Counted from the first letter of the stretch, positions 9,820-19,568 are shown. The stretch is 64,000 nucleotides of DNA from an uncultured Aminicenantes bacterium (GCA_965195285.1 CBDAFS010000031.1:32001-96000), one strand, 5' to 3'. Made by a program: numbers and translations. Notes: generated from the sequence alone by a model not told the origin.

Positions 9820-9951
9820 ACCCTGATAGACCAATAACACCTGTCACCCACATTTCAGCCTCCAGCTCCCTGCCCCCAGACAAAACCAGTTCAAGGTTAT
9901 TTTTTTTTACCTTTACCTTAACCTTTACCTGAGTATTGAAAAAAAAGTGAA

Positions 9952-11022
9952 TTGGTGGTAAAAAATAAGATGATTGGATTGGAGATGACACGATTTGAGT
10001 TTTTGACCGGAATACTGGGTTCGGCAGCGATATTTTTAATGCCCTGGGCCGGATTCTCAGAGCTTAAAAAAGATAAGCAGGGGAAAACCGCTTACCTCTA
10101 TGATGAGGTTTATCTGGAGCATGAAACCGGCGGATTTCACCCGGAGCGGCCCGAGCGCCTCATGGCCATCAACAAAATGGTTGAAAATTCCGGGTGGAAT
10201 AAAGATTTGCTGAAATTACAGGCCCGGGTGGCCGACCCGGACACCATTGCCCGTGTCCACGAACAGGAATATATTGACAGAGTCAAGCGGGAGTGTGAAG
10301 CCGGCTATGGCGGATTGTCCACCGGCGATACCACCATTTGCCGGGAAAGTTATTCGGTGGCCCTGAAGGCAGTTGGCGGGGTGCTGAATACGGTGGATGC
10401 GGTGATGGATGGGAAAGCCAAAAATGCCTTCTGTGCGGTTCGCCCGCCCGGACATCATGCCGGCCAGAAACAGGGGATGGGATTCTGCGTGTTCAACAAC
10501 ATTGCCATTGCCGCCCGTTATGCCCAGAAAAAATATGGCCTGGAGCGGGTATTGATCGCTGACTGGGATGTGCATCACGGCAATGGTACCCAGGATATTT
10601 TTTATGAGGATCCAACGGTTTTTTACATGAGCAGTCACCAGTATCCCTGGTACCCGGGAACCGGTCACTTCAGTGAAACCGGTTCGGGCCCGGGAAAGGG
10701 ATTTACCATGAACCGGCCCTTTCCGGCCGGGTCCGGTAATAAAGAGATCATCAATGTCTATCAGAATGATTTGATAAGCGCTGCCAGGGAATTCAAGCCC
10801 CAGCTAACCCTCATCTCGGCCGGTTTTGATTCACGGGCCGGAGATCCACTGGGGAATCTATTGCTGGATGATCAGGGGTTCAGGGAATTAACCCGGATCA
10901 TGCTGGAGATTGCTAACATCAGCGGGAAGGGCAGGCTGGTTTCCATTCTGGAGGGCGGCTATAGCCTGGAGGGCCTGTCACTGGGCATCCAGGCTCACCT
11001 GGATGAATTATCAAGAGCGTAG
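9952..11022 (+). CDS. Histone deacetylase family amidohydrolase (true start probably ATG 9970 or 9985)
   Basis: HPERPER, RPPGHHA, GFCVFNN, DWDVHHGNGTQ, SAGFD, LEGGY. Confidence 0.92.
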   Translation: MVVKNKMIGLEMTRFEFLTGILGSAAIFLMPWAGFSELKKDKQGKTAYLYDEVYLEHETGGFHPERPERLMAINKMVENSGWNKDLLKLQARVADPDTIARVHEQEYIDRVKRECEAGYGGLSTGDTTICRESYSVALKAVGGVLNTVDAVMDGKAKNAFCAVRPPGHHAGQKQGMGFCVFNNIAIAARYAQKKYGLERVLIADWDVHHGNGTQDIFYEDPTVFYMSSHQYPWYPGTGHFSETGSGPGKGFTMNRPFPAGSGNKEIINVYQNDLISAAREFKPQLTLISAGFDSRAGDPLGNLLLDDQGFRELTRIMLEIANISGKGRLVSILEGGYSLEGLSLGIQAHLDELSRA

Positions 11023-11045
11023 TAAGTCATTTTATTTAAAGCAAA

Positions 11046-12980
11046 ATGAAAAAAATTTCCTGGCTCATTATTCTCCTGATTTTACTGAATTTCATTTTAT
11101 ATTCATCTGAAAAACCTAATGAAAAAAGAGTCGTTTCGGTAGGGATTTGTCTGGATGAGGAATGTCAGGAATTAAGCAAATGGGATTTTTTGAGAGACAT
11201 GATTAATGAGGTGTCAAAAGATTTTGAAAAAGATTTTGCCATCGTATTATCTCCTGAAAAATATCAGCCCTGGAAAAGTAATAATAAATTTCATTCCCTG
11301 GACTTACTTTTTCAATCTTTTATTAGAAAAGTCACTAAAAAAAATTTTAATATTGTTTTAGGATTTACAAATCAGGAAGGTATTCAGGGAAGTTACGGGA
11401 TATCCCTTTATCAAGAGGCCTATATCCTTGTCCGGTTTTTAGAAGACAGAACATTTTTAAAAAAAGTATTAATGCACGAAATGTGTCATCTTTTTGGTGC
11501 TACTCATGTGGATGACGAAAAAGACTTGATGGATAGGTTTCTGAGAGGAACAGAACTGGGGCAGGAAAATAAAAAAATCATTGATCTGCATAGAGAGAGA
11601 AATTTTAAGAATATTGGGTTTCCTCTGCCCAGGGAAGAATTTACAAAATTGATTGAACTGTATAATAAAATTGCCATTTCGAATGAATTGCTAAAAAACA
11701 GTAAACTGCCTTCAACCAAGAGGAGACAGCTGCGAAAGAAGCTGAATTTTTTACCGTCAATAAAATCAACATTACAAGAGGTTCAAAAAGTTTATTCAGG
11801 TCTGGAGGATGTTTATATTTATCTGGTTTTTATATTTATTGAAATGGAAAGATACGATGAGGCATTAAATACCTGTGAGAAAGCCTTGAGAATCAATCCC
11901 GATCTGAATGAAGTTTATAATCTGATGGGAATTGCCTCTCGAAGAAGTGGCAAAATAAATAGAGCTATTCAGTATTATAAGAAGGTTCTGAAAAGCAGGC
12001 CTGATTATCCGAAAGTACATTATAACCTTGGAATCGCTTATATGAAAAGAGGGGATGTAGACTTAGCCGTCTCAGCATATAAAAAGGCTATTGGTTTAAA
12101 TCCCAATTTTGCCGATCCCTGGAACAATCTTGGTTATATTGATCTTGAGAAAGGAAGGCTGGATCAAGCCCTTGAGAAATTTAAGAAGGCCATTGACCTG
12201 AATCCTTTTTTCCCTCTGGCCTATTCCAATCTTGCCGAAGGATTATTAAGAAAAGGACAGGTTGATATTGCATTAGAGAAAGTAAAAAAAGCATTGACAC
12301 TGGATTCTCGATTACCCGGTCCTCATAATATTTTGGGAAAGATCTATTCTGCAAAAAAAGAATTCCATAAAGCTGAAAAAGAATATAAAATAGCCATATC
12401 ACTAAAGCCCAGTTATTATAAAGCCTACTTCAATTTGGGCAATATCTGTTTTAAAAAAAGCCAGCTATCTCAAGCCCGTAAATATTTTCAGAAGTCTATT
12501 GATATTTCTCCCCGATTCGGTCAAGCGTATGCTGGCCTGGGGGATTGTTTTCTTAAAGAAGGACATCTGGATCAGGCGGAAAGAAAATTCAAAAGAGCCG
12601 TCAACCTGGGGTATAAAACAGCCCAGGTCTATTTGAATCTCAGTTTCATAAAAATAAAAAAGAAGGATTATGATGGGGCCATTCATTACGGGAACCTGGC
12701 CAGGACCGATTTCCCCGGGCATGAAAAAGTACACCAGAATCTGGGTATCGCCTATTTCCTGAAGGGAATGTTGCCTCAGGCCGAACAGGAGTTCAAAGAT
12801 GTGCTTCGCTTAAATCCGAAACATGCCGATATGCATAAAAATCTAATGATGCTTTATTTATTAAAAAAAGACTATAATATGGCAGGCCAATACCTGGAAA
12901 AATACGAGAAACTGGGTTTTCAGGTGAATGAAGAATTGAAAAATGAAATATTGAGATATAAAAAAGAGCAAGAAAAATAA
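11046..12980 (+). CDS. Secreted zinc metallopeptidase (metzincin-like) fused to a long TPR array
   Basis: Signal peptide; HEMCHLFGATH followed by a Met-turn; many YNLG/NNLG...A TPR repeats. Confidence 0.8.
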   Translation: MKKISWLIILLILLNFILYSSEKPNEKRVVSVGICLDEECQELSKWDFLRDMINEVSKDFEKDFAIVLSPEKYQPWKSNNKFHSLDLLFQSFIRKVTKKNFNIVLGFTNQEGIQGSYGISLYQEAYILVRFLEDRTFLKKVLMHEMCHLFGATHVDDEKDLMDRFLRGTELGQENKKIIDLHRERNFKNIGFPLPREEFTKLIELYNKIAISNELLKNSKLPSTKRRQLRKKLNFLPSIKSTLQEVQKVYSGLEDVYIYLVFIFIEMERYDEALNTCEKALRINPDLNEVYNLMGIASRRSGKINRAIQYYKKVLKSRPDYPKVHYNLGIAYMKRGDVDLAVSAYKKAIGLNPNFADPWNNLGYIDLEKGRLDQALEKFKKAIDLNPFFPLAYSNLAEGLLRKGQVDIALEKVKKALTLDSRLPGPHNILGKIYSAKKEFHKAEKEYKIAISLKPSYYKAYFNLGNICFKKSQLSQARKYFQKSIDISPRFGQAYAGLGDCFLKEGHLDQAERKFKRAVNLGYKTAQVYLNLSFIKIKKKDYDGAIHYGNLARTDFPGHEKVHQNLGIAYFLKGMLPQAEQEFKDVLRLNPKHADMHKNLMMLYLLKKDYNMAGQYLEKYEKLGFQVNEELKNEILRYKKEQEK

Positions 12981-13100
12981 AATAGGTTTTGAAAAAAACC
13001 AATTATTGCCTATTTTTTGACATCAGATTTTTCATATGTTATATCTTTAAGTAATAAATATGGAGTTATATGATCTGATTCATCCCTGGGTAAACAAAGA

Positions 13101-14060
13101 ATGAAAATCAAAGAAATAAAAGATATCAATCCCGGGCAATTCATTGATCAGAAGATCAGAGAAACACATTCTTTTGTGGGAGATGCCCTGGCCATCAATA
13201 CCCTTTCCGGAGGTGTGGATTCGGCAGTGGTCACCATGCTGGGTTATCGGGCCCTGGGAGAGCGGTTGAAAACCTTTTTTATCGATACCGGATTGATGCG
13301 AAAGGATGAGCCCCAACAGGTGGTTTCAACCTTTAAAAAATTAGGGATTCACGTTCAGGTTGTTCAGGCCCAGGATCAAATCTTTTCCGCTCTGAAGGGT
13401 TTGAAGGATCCGGAAGAGAAACGGGCTACCATCACTCATATTTTTTACAAAGAAATTTTCGGAAAATTGATCAGGGAAAGCGGAGCCAAATTTTTACTCC
13501 GGGGCACCAATTATACCGATGTGGAGGAAACTGTTGCCGGTTTGAAACACCAGCAAGAAGTACTGGAACAGCTGGGGATTGATACCGAAGAGGTCTACGA
13601 ATACAAGGTGATCGAACCCCTGATTCAGATCCGAAAACCATTGGTTCGTAAAGTCTGCCGTACTCTGGGCATGCCCGCAGCCATCCATTCCCGCCCCTCT
13701 TTTCCGGCACCGGGACTGGCAGCCAGGATTTTGGGTGAAATCACTCCGGACAAAGTTGACCTGGTCCGGGAAGCCAATAGAATTGTGGAAACATTTTTAT
13801 CCGCAACCGGAGCGTTTCAATATATGGCCATCCTACACAATGACTGGGTAACCGGAGTAAAAAAGGGAAAGCGTTATCCCGGCTGGCAAATTGAAATCAG
13901 GTGCTGGGATAGCAAGGATGCACTGTCAGGGGTTCCCTTCAGATTGAACCAGACACTCCTGCTGGAGATGTCGGATAAAATAATAGCCGAAGTGCCGGGA
14001 GTGGTCAGTGTGTTATACAATATCACCAGAAAGCCACCCTTAACCATTGAGGCTGTATAA
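13101..14060 (+). CDS. GMP synthase ATP-pyrophosphatase (subunit B)-like protein, diverged, no glutaminase domain
   Basis: SGGVDS PP-loop, DTGLMRKDE, DPEEKR, FPAPGLAARILGEIT, KPPLTIE. Confidence 0.8.
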   Translation: MKIKEIKDINPGQFIDQKIRETHSFVGDALAINTLSGGVDSAVVTMLGYRALGERLKTFFIDTGLMRKDEPQQVVSTFKKLGIHVQVVQAQDQIFSALKGLKDPEEKRATITHIFYKEIFGKLIRESGAKFLLRGTNYTDVEETVAGLKHQQEVLEQLGIDTEEVYEYKVIEPLIQIRKPLVRKVCRTLGMPAAIHSRPSFPAPGLAARILGEITPDKVDLVREANRIVETFLSATGAFQYMAILHNDWVTGVKKGKRYPGWQIEIRCWDSKDALSGVPFRLNQTLLLEMSDKIIAEVPGVVSVLYNITRKPPLTIEAV

Positions 14061-14095
14061 ACCGTTCGGTACGGCCCCAAAGATAGGAGGTAAAC

Positions 14096-15883
14096 ATGGT
14101 CAAAGGCATTCAGAATAAATATCTACAGATTGATCTCGACAACCGAACCTTCCGGTCCGGAACTCCACCCGGGGATCTTTTTCCCCAATTTTTAGGAGGA
14201 AAAGGCGCGGGATTGAAAGTCATGATGGATCTGGGGCTGACCTCAGAAGATCCATTCGGGGCAGGTAATCCCCTCATATTTGTGACCGGCCCTTTTACCG
14301 GGACACCGGTTCAGACATCGGCCCGCTCTGCCCTGGTCACCATGTCACCGTTGACCGGAACCTTTCTGGACAGCCATGTGGGTGGCCATTTCGGCCCCAT
14401 GATCAAGAGAGCGGGATATGACTATGTGGTCATAACCGGAAAGAGTGAACACCCGGTTTATCTCTATTTCACTCCGGATGGGGTGGTATTTGAGGATGCC
14501 GCATCCCTCTGGGGCCGGGGTATATTTGAAACCGAAAAGCAGTTAAAATCCAGATACCCAAAGAGCCGGATCGCTTCTATAGGGCCGGCCGGAGAAAACA
14601 AAGTACGCTTTGCCTGTATCGGTACCGATTACTACCGGCAGTTCGGCAGGGGAGGGGCCGGAGCGGTAATGGGATCAAAAAACCTCAAAGCCGTGGTGTT
14701 TGAGGGCAATGAAAAAGTTGATTTTTTCGACCGCGACAAATTTACGGAACTCAACACCCGTCTGACCAATGATGTCATGCAGCATCCCAACCGGGCCAAA
14801 AGATTTGATCTGGGCACCAACATGTGGATACGCATGGCCCAGGAAGATGGTCATTTTCTGCCTACCCGGAATTTTCAGGATGTTCACTTTGAGGATTATG
14901 AAAATATTACCTCTGAAGCAATGAAGAAAAAACTGAACTGGAAGAGTGTGGGCTGTTTTAATTGTGTTATTCAATGTTCCAAAATGGCTACTTGGAAGGG
15001 TTTTGAACTGGAGGGTCCTGAATACGAAACCACCGCTTATCTGGGATCCGGCTGTGGTATTGGTGATGCCGAAGCAGTGGCCCAGGCCAATTATCTTTGC
15101 GATGATCTGGGGTTGGATACCATTTCCGCCGGGGTGGTTACTTCTTTTGTCATGGAGGCCTTTGAAAAGGGTATTCTCTCCCCCCAGGATTGTGATGGAC
15201 TTGAACTGAAATTCGGGAATGCCCAGGCCCAGGTTTCATTGTTGAAAAAAATAGCCAGCAGGGATGGTATCGGGGATATTCTGGCCGAGGGAACTCGGAT
15301 CGCTTCCCGGCATATCGGAAAGGGAAGTGAGTATTTTGCTATCCAGACTGCGGGGATGGAGCTGTCAGGGGTGAACATCAAGGGATGTGCCTCAATGGGA
15401 TTGACCCTGGCCACTTCGGATTTCGCCAGTCATACCCGGTTCTGGTCTGCCTCGGATGAGATGGCCGGTAATTTGACCTTTGAAAACACACCGGAATATG
15501 TCATGAAAGGCCAGGATGAGGTTAATGCCCGAAACTCTTTGATCATATGTGATTTTCTGCCTTTCGGATTTGATCGCCTGGTTCCGATTTACGAGAGTCT
15601 GACCGGGATCAAGGTGGATGAGTCCCGTTTGATGGAGATCGGGGAAAAGATTTCCAATATCACCCGGATGATCAATATCCGGAACGGAAGAACCCGGAAA
15701 GATGATACGCTGCCCCAGCGGTTTTTCAAAGAGGAGCACCTGGCAGGAATCTTCAAGGGGAAATATATGTCTATGGAAATTTTCGATCAATGGCTGGATA
15801 TGTATTACCAGGCCAGGGGATGGGACCCAAAAGGGATTCCCACAGATGCCAAGTTGAAAGAACTGGATTTAGATCATTTTTAA
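14096..15883 (+). CDS. Aldehyde:ferredoxin oxidoreductase family (W/Mo-pterin, 4Fe-4S)
   Basis: SPLTG, IGPAGEN, GRGGAGAVMGSKNLKA, CFNCVIQC, GPEYET, DDLGLDTIS, YYQARGWD. Confidence 0.93.
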   Translation: MVKGIQNKYLQIDLDNRTFRSGTPPGDLFPQFLGGKGAGLKVMMDLGLTSEDPFGAGNPLIFVTGPFTGTPVQTSARSALVTMSPLTGTFLDSHVGGHFGPMIKRAGYDYVVITGKSEHPVYLYFTPDGVVFEDAASLWGRGIFETEKQLKSRYPKSRIASIGPAGENKVRFACIGTDYYRQFGRGGAGAVMGSKNLKAVVFEGNEKVDFFDRDKFTELNTRLTNDVMQHPNRAKRFDLGTNMWIRMAQEDGHFLPTRNFQDVHFEDYENITSEAMKKKLNWKSVGCFNCVIQCSKMATWKGFELEGPEYETTAYLGSGCGIGDAEAVAQANYLCDDLGLDTISAGVVTSFVMEAFEKGILSPQDCDGLELKFGNAQAQVSLLKKIASRDGIGDILAEGTRIASRHIGKGSEYFAIQTAGMELSGVNIKGCASMGLTLATSDFASHTRFWSASDEMAGNLTFENTPEYVMKGQDEVNARNSLIICDFLPFGFDRLVPIYESLTGIKVDESRLMEIGEKISNITRMINIRNGRTRKDDTLPQRFFKEEHLAGIFKGKYMSMEIFDQWLDMYYQARGWDPKGIPTDAKLKELDLDHF

Positions 15884-15938
15884 TGATATGTGTCATCGCC
15901 TGTGTTGATAATGAATCGCTTAGAAAAGGAGGAATCGA

Positions 15939-17120
15939 ATGAAAAAGGCCCATAATCGGCTGGCCAACCGCATCCAGCACCTGGAGCCGGAAGGTGCCTA
16001 TGAGATGCTGGCCCGGGCCCAGCAACTGGAATCAGAAGGGCGGAAAATCATTCATCTTGAAATCGGTCAACCGGATTTCCAGACTTTTACCAATATCGGG
16101 ATTTCAGGGATCCGTGCCATTGCCAACGGGCAGACCCGCTATACCCCTTCGGCCGGAATTCCCGAATTAAAAAAGGAAATTGCCCGGTATACCGCTTCCC
16201 GGATAGGTATTCCGTTAACAGCAGATCAGGTGGTGGTGGGACCCGGTGCCAAACCACTACTTTTCTTTCCCATGATGGCCATTCTGGAACCGGGCGATGA
16301 AGCCATATATCCGGATCCGGGATTTCCCAGCTACCGGGCCATCATCGAAACCATGGGAGCTACACCAATACCGATTTCCTTGAAAGAGGAATCCGGTTTT
16401 TCTTTTGATATGGATGTGTTTTTGAAGCAGGTCAATGAGAATACCCGGCTGGTGATTATCAATTCCCCTTCAAATCCCACCGGAGGCATTATTCCCGAGC
16501 ATGACCTGAAGCGTATCGCCGATATGGCCATTGAATATGATTTCTGGGTTTTATCCGATGAAATTTATACCCGGCTGGTTTATTCCTCGGAGCCCATTCT
16601 GAGTATTGCCTCAATGCCGGGCATGAATGAGCGTACGATTATCATGGATGGATTTTCCAAAACCTATGCCATGACCGGCTGGCGACTGGGTTACGGGCTG
16701 ATGCCTGAAGATTTGGCCCGGAAGGTGGGATTGCTGTTAACCCATTCTGTGGGCTGTACCGCTTCCTTTACCCAGATAGCCGGTATTGAAGCTTTAATTG
16801 GACCCCAGCAACAGGTAGAAGAAGTACGCCAGCTGTTTCAGAAGCGGCGGGATGTGATTGTGAGCGGATTGAATAATATTCCCGGAATAGAGTGCCAGAA
16901 TCCCCAGGGGGCTTTTTATGTGTTTCCCAATATTAAAAGTTTTGACCGGTCTTCAAAAGAATTGGCTGATTTTCTGTTAAATGAGGCCGGAGTGGCCGTG
17001 CTGCCCGGAACGTCTTTTGGAGACCTGGCTGAGGGTTATCTGCGGCTGTGTTATGCCAATTCGATTGAGAACATCGAAAAGGCCCTGGCTCTGATCGAAC
17101 AGGCAGTGAAAAAACTTTGA
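15939..17120 (+). CDS. PLP-dependent class I aminotransferase (aspartate aminotransferase-like, subgroup Ib)
   Basis: NSPSNPTGG, SDEIY, FSKTYAMTGWRLGY, GAFYVFPN. Confidence 0.92.
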   Translation: MKKAHNRLANRIQHLEPEGAYEMLARAQQLESEGRKIIHLEIGQPDFQTFTNIGISGIRAIANGQTRYTPSAGIPELKKEIARYTASRIGIPLTADQVVVGPGAKPLLFFPMMAILEPGDEAIYPDPGFPSYRAIIETMGATPIPISLKEESGFSFDMDVFLKQVNENTRLVIINSPSNPTGGIIPEHDLKRIADMAIEYDFWVLSDEIYTRLVYSSEPILSIASMPGMNERTIIMDGFSKTYAMTGWRLGYGLMPEDLARKVGLLLTHSVGCTASFTQIAGIEALIGPQQQVEEVRQLFQKRRDVIVSGLNNIPGIECQNPQGAFYVFPNIKSFDRSSKELADFLLNEAGVAVLPGTSFGDLAEGYLRLCYANSIENIEKALALIEQAVKKL

Positions 17121-17165
17121 GACAGAAAACCGCTAAATTTAAATGATAAAAACAAGGAGGAATGA

Positions 17166-18404
17166 ATGGCTTTACATTATTCTTTTTTAAGTGAAAAAGA
17201 CAGGCAACAGATGGATGCCCTGAAGGAATCGTATGGGGGTGCATCCGAGATTATGAAAACCATAGAAAATCTGAGGGAATATCCGAAGCGAAAACAAATT
17301 GCCGAAGAAAAGGGATTTGGAGAAATGCTGGAACAGGCTGAGAACTATGCCAAATCCTTTCCCAAAGTTGAGGATTTTATTGAGAGGGAAAGCCTTCAAT
17401 TGATCAAGCCCGGGAAGGCAACCACACAGGTGTCCGGGTTTCAGGGTGCTCCCATTACCCTGGGAGCCATGAAGAGAATTGCCGAGGACGGTGAGACCCT
17501 GGTGCCCACGGAGTTCATATCGGTTATGGCCCTGAGCGAAGATTATGTGTTGAATGGCGAGCTGGTGACCACCCTGGCCATGGCCGAAAATATCATGGGT
17601 GCATCCAAGTTTTGCAATACCAATATGGTGGGGACACCGCTCAACAATGAGATCTACAGTAGGCTGGAAAAGGTGACCGGTGAAAAATTTGACACCTGGG
17701 AACCTGCTTCGGGAATGCGAGCCCTGGTGTTGAAAAATATGGGAACCCCCTTTGGTAATCTAGGCGGGGTGGAAGTGGCCAATAACAATCATCTGGTGTA
17801 CCTGGATGGAGTCACCCGGTGTACATTGAACACCGGGGGGGATTTTTACCTGAATCCCAGCTGGTCGACAATTGTGGCTGCCTGCTATTATGCCCGGGAT
17901 ATTCTGAATCTCAATTTTAAGATTTCCATGTTGCTGTCAACCCAGAATGTCATTCAACTTCGTATGCTGTTGAATATCATGAAAGAGTACCTCCGGGATA
18001 ATGGGACGACTCCGATATATGAAATCAATCTGGGTAATGGTCAATCGCCGGAAATGTTTATTCAATGTGCCCGGGACTTAAAGGAATCCGGAATTCCTGG
18101 AGTTTCCCTGGCTGCCCATTTGAGAATCAATCCGGACCTGGGCATTGCTGATTTTGACTGGACTGAGAATGCCCACCGGGTACTGGAATCGGGCACCGAT
18201 ATTACCATCAAATATGAAAGTGACGGAACCTCCAGACCCATGGATACCATGGGAACCTACTTTTTATCAAAAGAGGATCGACTCAAAAATCAGGAACAGA
18301 TCGGAGATGTCATTTATCATAAATGTGTGCGGTGTTCCAATGATGTTAAAGAAATAATGAGAATGGGACATCCGGCAAGTTTTGCCACCATTTCTCATCG
18401 TTGA
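17166..18404 (+). CDS. Hypothetical cytoplasmic protein (412 aa), no family recognised
   Basis: Long ORF with AGGAGG RBS, closely spaced inside the AOR-aminotransferase-hom run. Confidence 0.85.
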   Translation: MALHYSFLSEKDRQQMDALKESYGGASEIMKTIENLREYPKRKQIAEEKGFGEMLEQAENYAKSFPKVEDFIERESLQLIKPGKATTQVSGFQGAPITLGAMKRIAEDGETLVPTEFISVMALSEDYVLNGELVTTLAMAENIMGASKFCNTNMVGTPLNNEIYSRLEKVTGEKFDTWEPASGMRALVLKNMGTPFGNLGGVEVANNNHLVYLDGVTRCTLNTGGDFYLNPSWSTIVAACYYARDILNLNFKISMLLSTQNVIQLRMLLNIMKEYLRDNGTTPIYEINLGNGQSPEMFIQCARDLKESGIPGVSLAAHLRINPDLGIADFDWTENAHRVLESGTDITIKYESDGTSRPMDTMGTYFLSKEDRLKNQEQIGDVIYHKCVRCSNDVKEIMRMGHPASFATISHR

Positions 18405-18429
18405 ATGACCTTTGAAAAGGAGGATAACC

Positions 18430-19449
18430 ATGATACATAGAATTATCATATTGGGTTTTGGTACGGTCGGGCAGGGTTTGGCTGAAATATTAATGTCAAA
18501 AAGAGATTTCTTGAAGAAGAAATACGGATTTGAATTTGAAGTGGTAGGCATCAGTGACCTGATGTGGGGCACGGTTTACAATCCGGACGGATTGAATCTG
18601 GAGAACCTGCTGGCCTCGGTTCAGTCAGAAACAAAATTTTCGCAGGATGTGAAAGACTGGGATGGTATGACCCTGATCAAGGAATCCAACGCAACTGTTC
18701 TTTGTGAGTTGACTTTTACCAATCTTGAATCCGGAGAGCCGGCCATCTCGCATTGTAAAACCGCTTTTCAAAACGGGAAACATGTGGTAACCAGCAATAA
18801 AGGTCCGGCTGCCCTGGCCTACCGGGAGATGAAATCCCTGGCAGCTGAAAAAGGGGTAGATTTTTTCATTGAAGGTACGGTCATGAGCGGAACCCCGGTG
18901 TTGAATCTTGCCGATGGTCCATTGGCCGGATGTGAGGTGTCCAAAGCCCGGGGTATTCTGAATGGAACCACCAACTACATCCTTACCCAGATGGAAATTG
19001 GTATGAGCTATGATGAGGCACTGAAAAAGGCCCAGGAACTCGGTTATGCCGAGGCTGATCCCGCCGGCGATGTGGAAGGATACGATGCCAGGGGCAAGGT
19101 GACCATCCTGGCCAATGCGGTCATGGATGCCTCATTGCGCATCTCCGATGTCCAATGTCAGGGAATCACCCGTATTTCAGCCGATGACATCGAAAAGGCC
19201 CGGGAAAAGAAATCACGCTGGAAGTTAATCGGTTCTGTGGAAAAGAAGAACGGGACGATTACCGCTTCTGTATCACCGGAAATGGTACCCATGACCCATC
19301 CCCTTGCCGGTATTATGGGGGCCACCAATGCCATTACCTTTTCCACCGATTTAATGGGCGATATCACTGTGGTCGGGGCCGGAGCCGGTAAAATTGAAAC
19401 CGGATATTCGATTTTAACCGATCTTCTGAGAATTCATCGTTCAGCCTGA
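18430..19449 (+). CDS. hom: Homoserine dehydrogenase (short form, no ACT domain)
   Basis: GFGTVG, HVVTSNKGP, GILNGTTNYIL, GYAEADP..DVEGYDA..K; ATG 18430 preceded by AGGAGG. Confidence 0.9.
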   Translation: MIHRIIILGFGTVGQGLAEILMSKRDFLKKKYGFEFEVVGISDLMWGTVYNPDGLNLENLLASVQSETKFSQDVKDWDGMTLIKESNATVLCELTFTNLESGEPAISHCKTAFQNGKHVVTSNKGPAALAYREMKSLAAEKGVDFFIEGTVMSGTPVLNLADGPLAGCEVSKARGILNGTTNYILTQMEIGMSYDEALKKAQELGYAEADPAGDVEGYDARGKVTILANAVMDASLRISDVQCQGITRISADDIEKAREKKSRWKLIGSVEKKNGTITASVSPEMVPMTHPLAGIMGATNAITFSTDLMGDITVVGAGAGKIETGYSILTDLLRIHRSA

Positions 19450-19451
19450 AA

Positions 19452-19480
19452 TTGACAAACCGGTTCGAATTGCCTATGAT
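19452..19480 (+). promoter_or_regulatory. Sigma70 promoter upstream of the hybrid kinase
   Basis: TTGACA-17bp-TATGAT. Confidence 0.7.
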
Positions 19481-19568
19481 ATTCAGGTATAGGTATAGTA
19501 GAGGCAAGTTCGGATCAGAAAGTTGTTCCCAATCAGAATTTCATTACCGGGTTTCAAGAGAATCATAA

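Noticed and set aside
9741-9932. 63-aa ORF upstream of the transposase
   Set aside because: Reads through the TIR, the tandem duplication and simple repeats; not a credible gene
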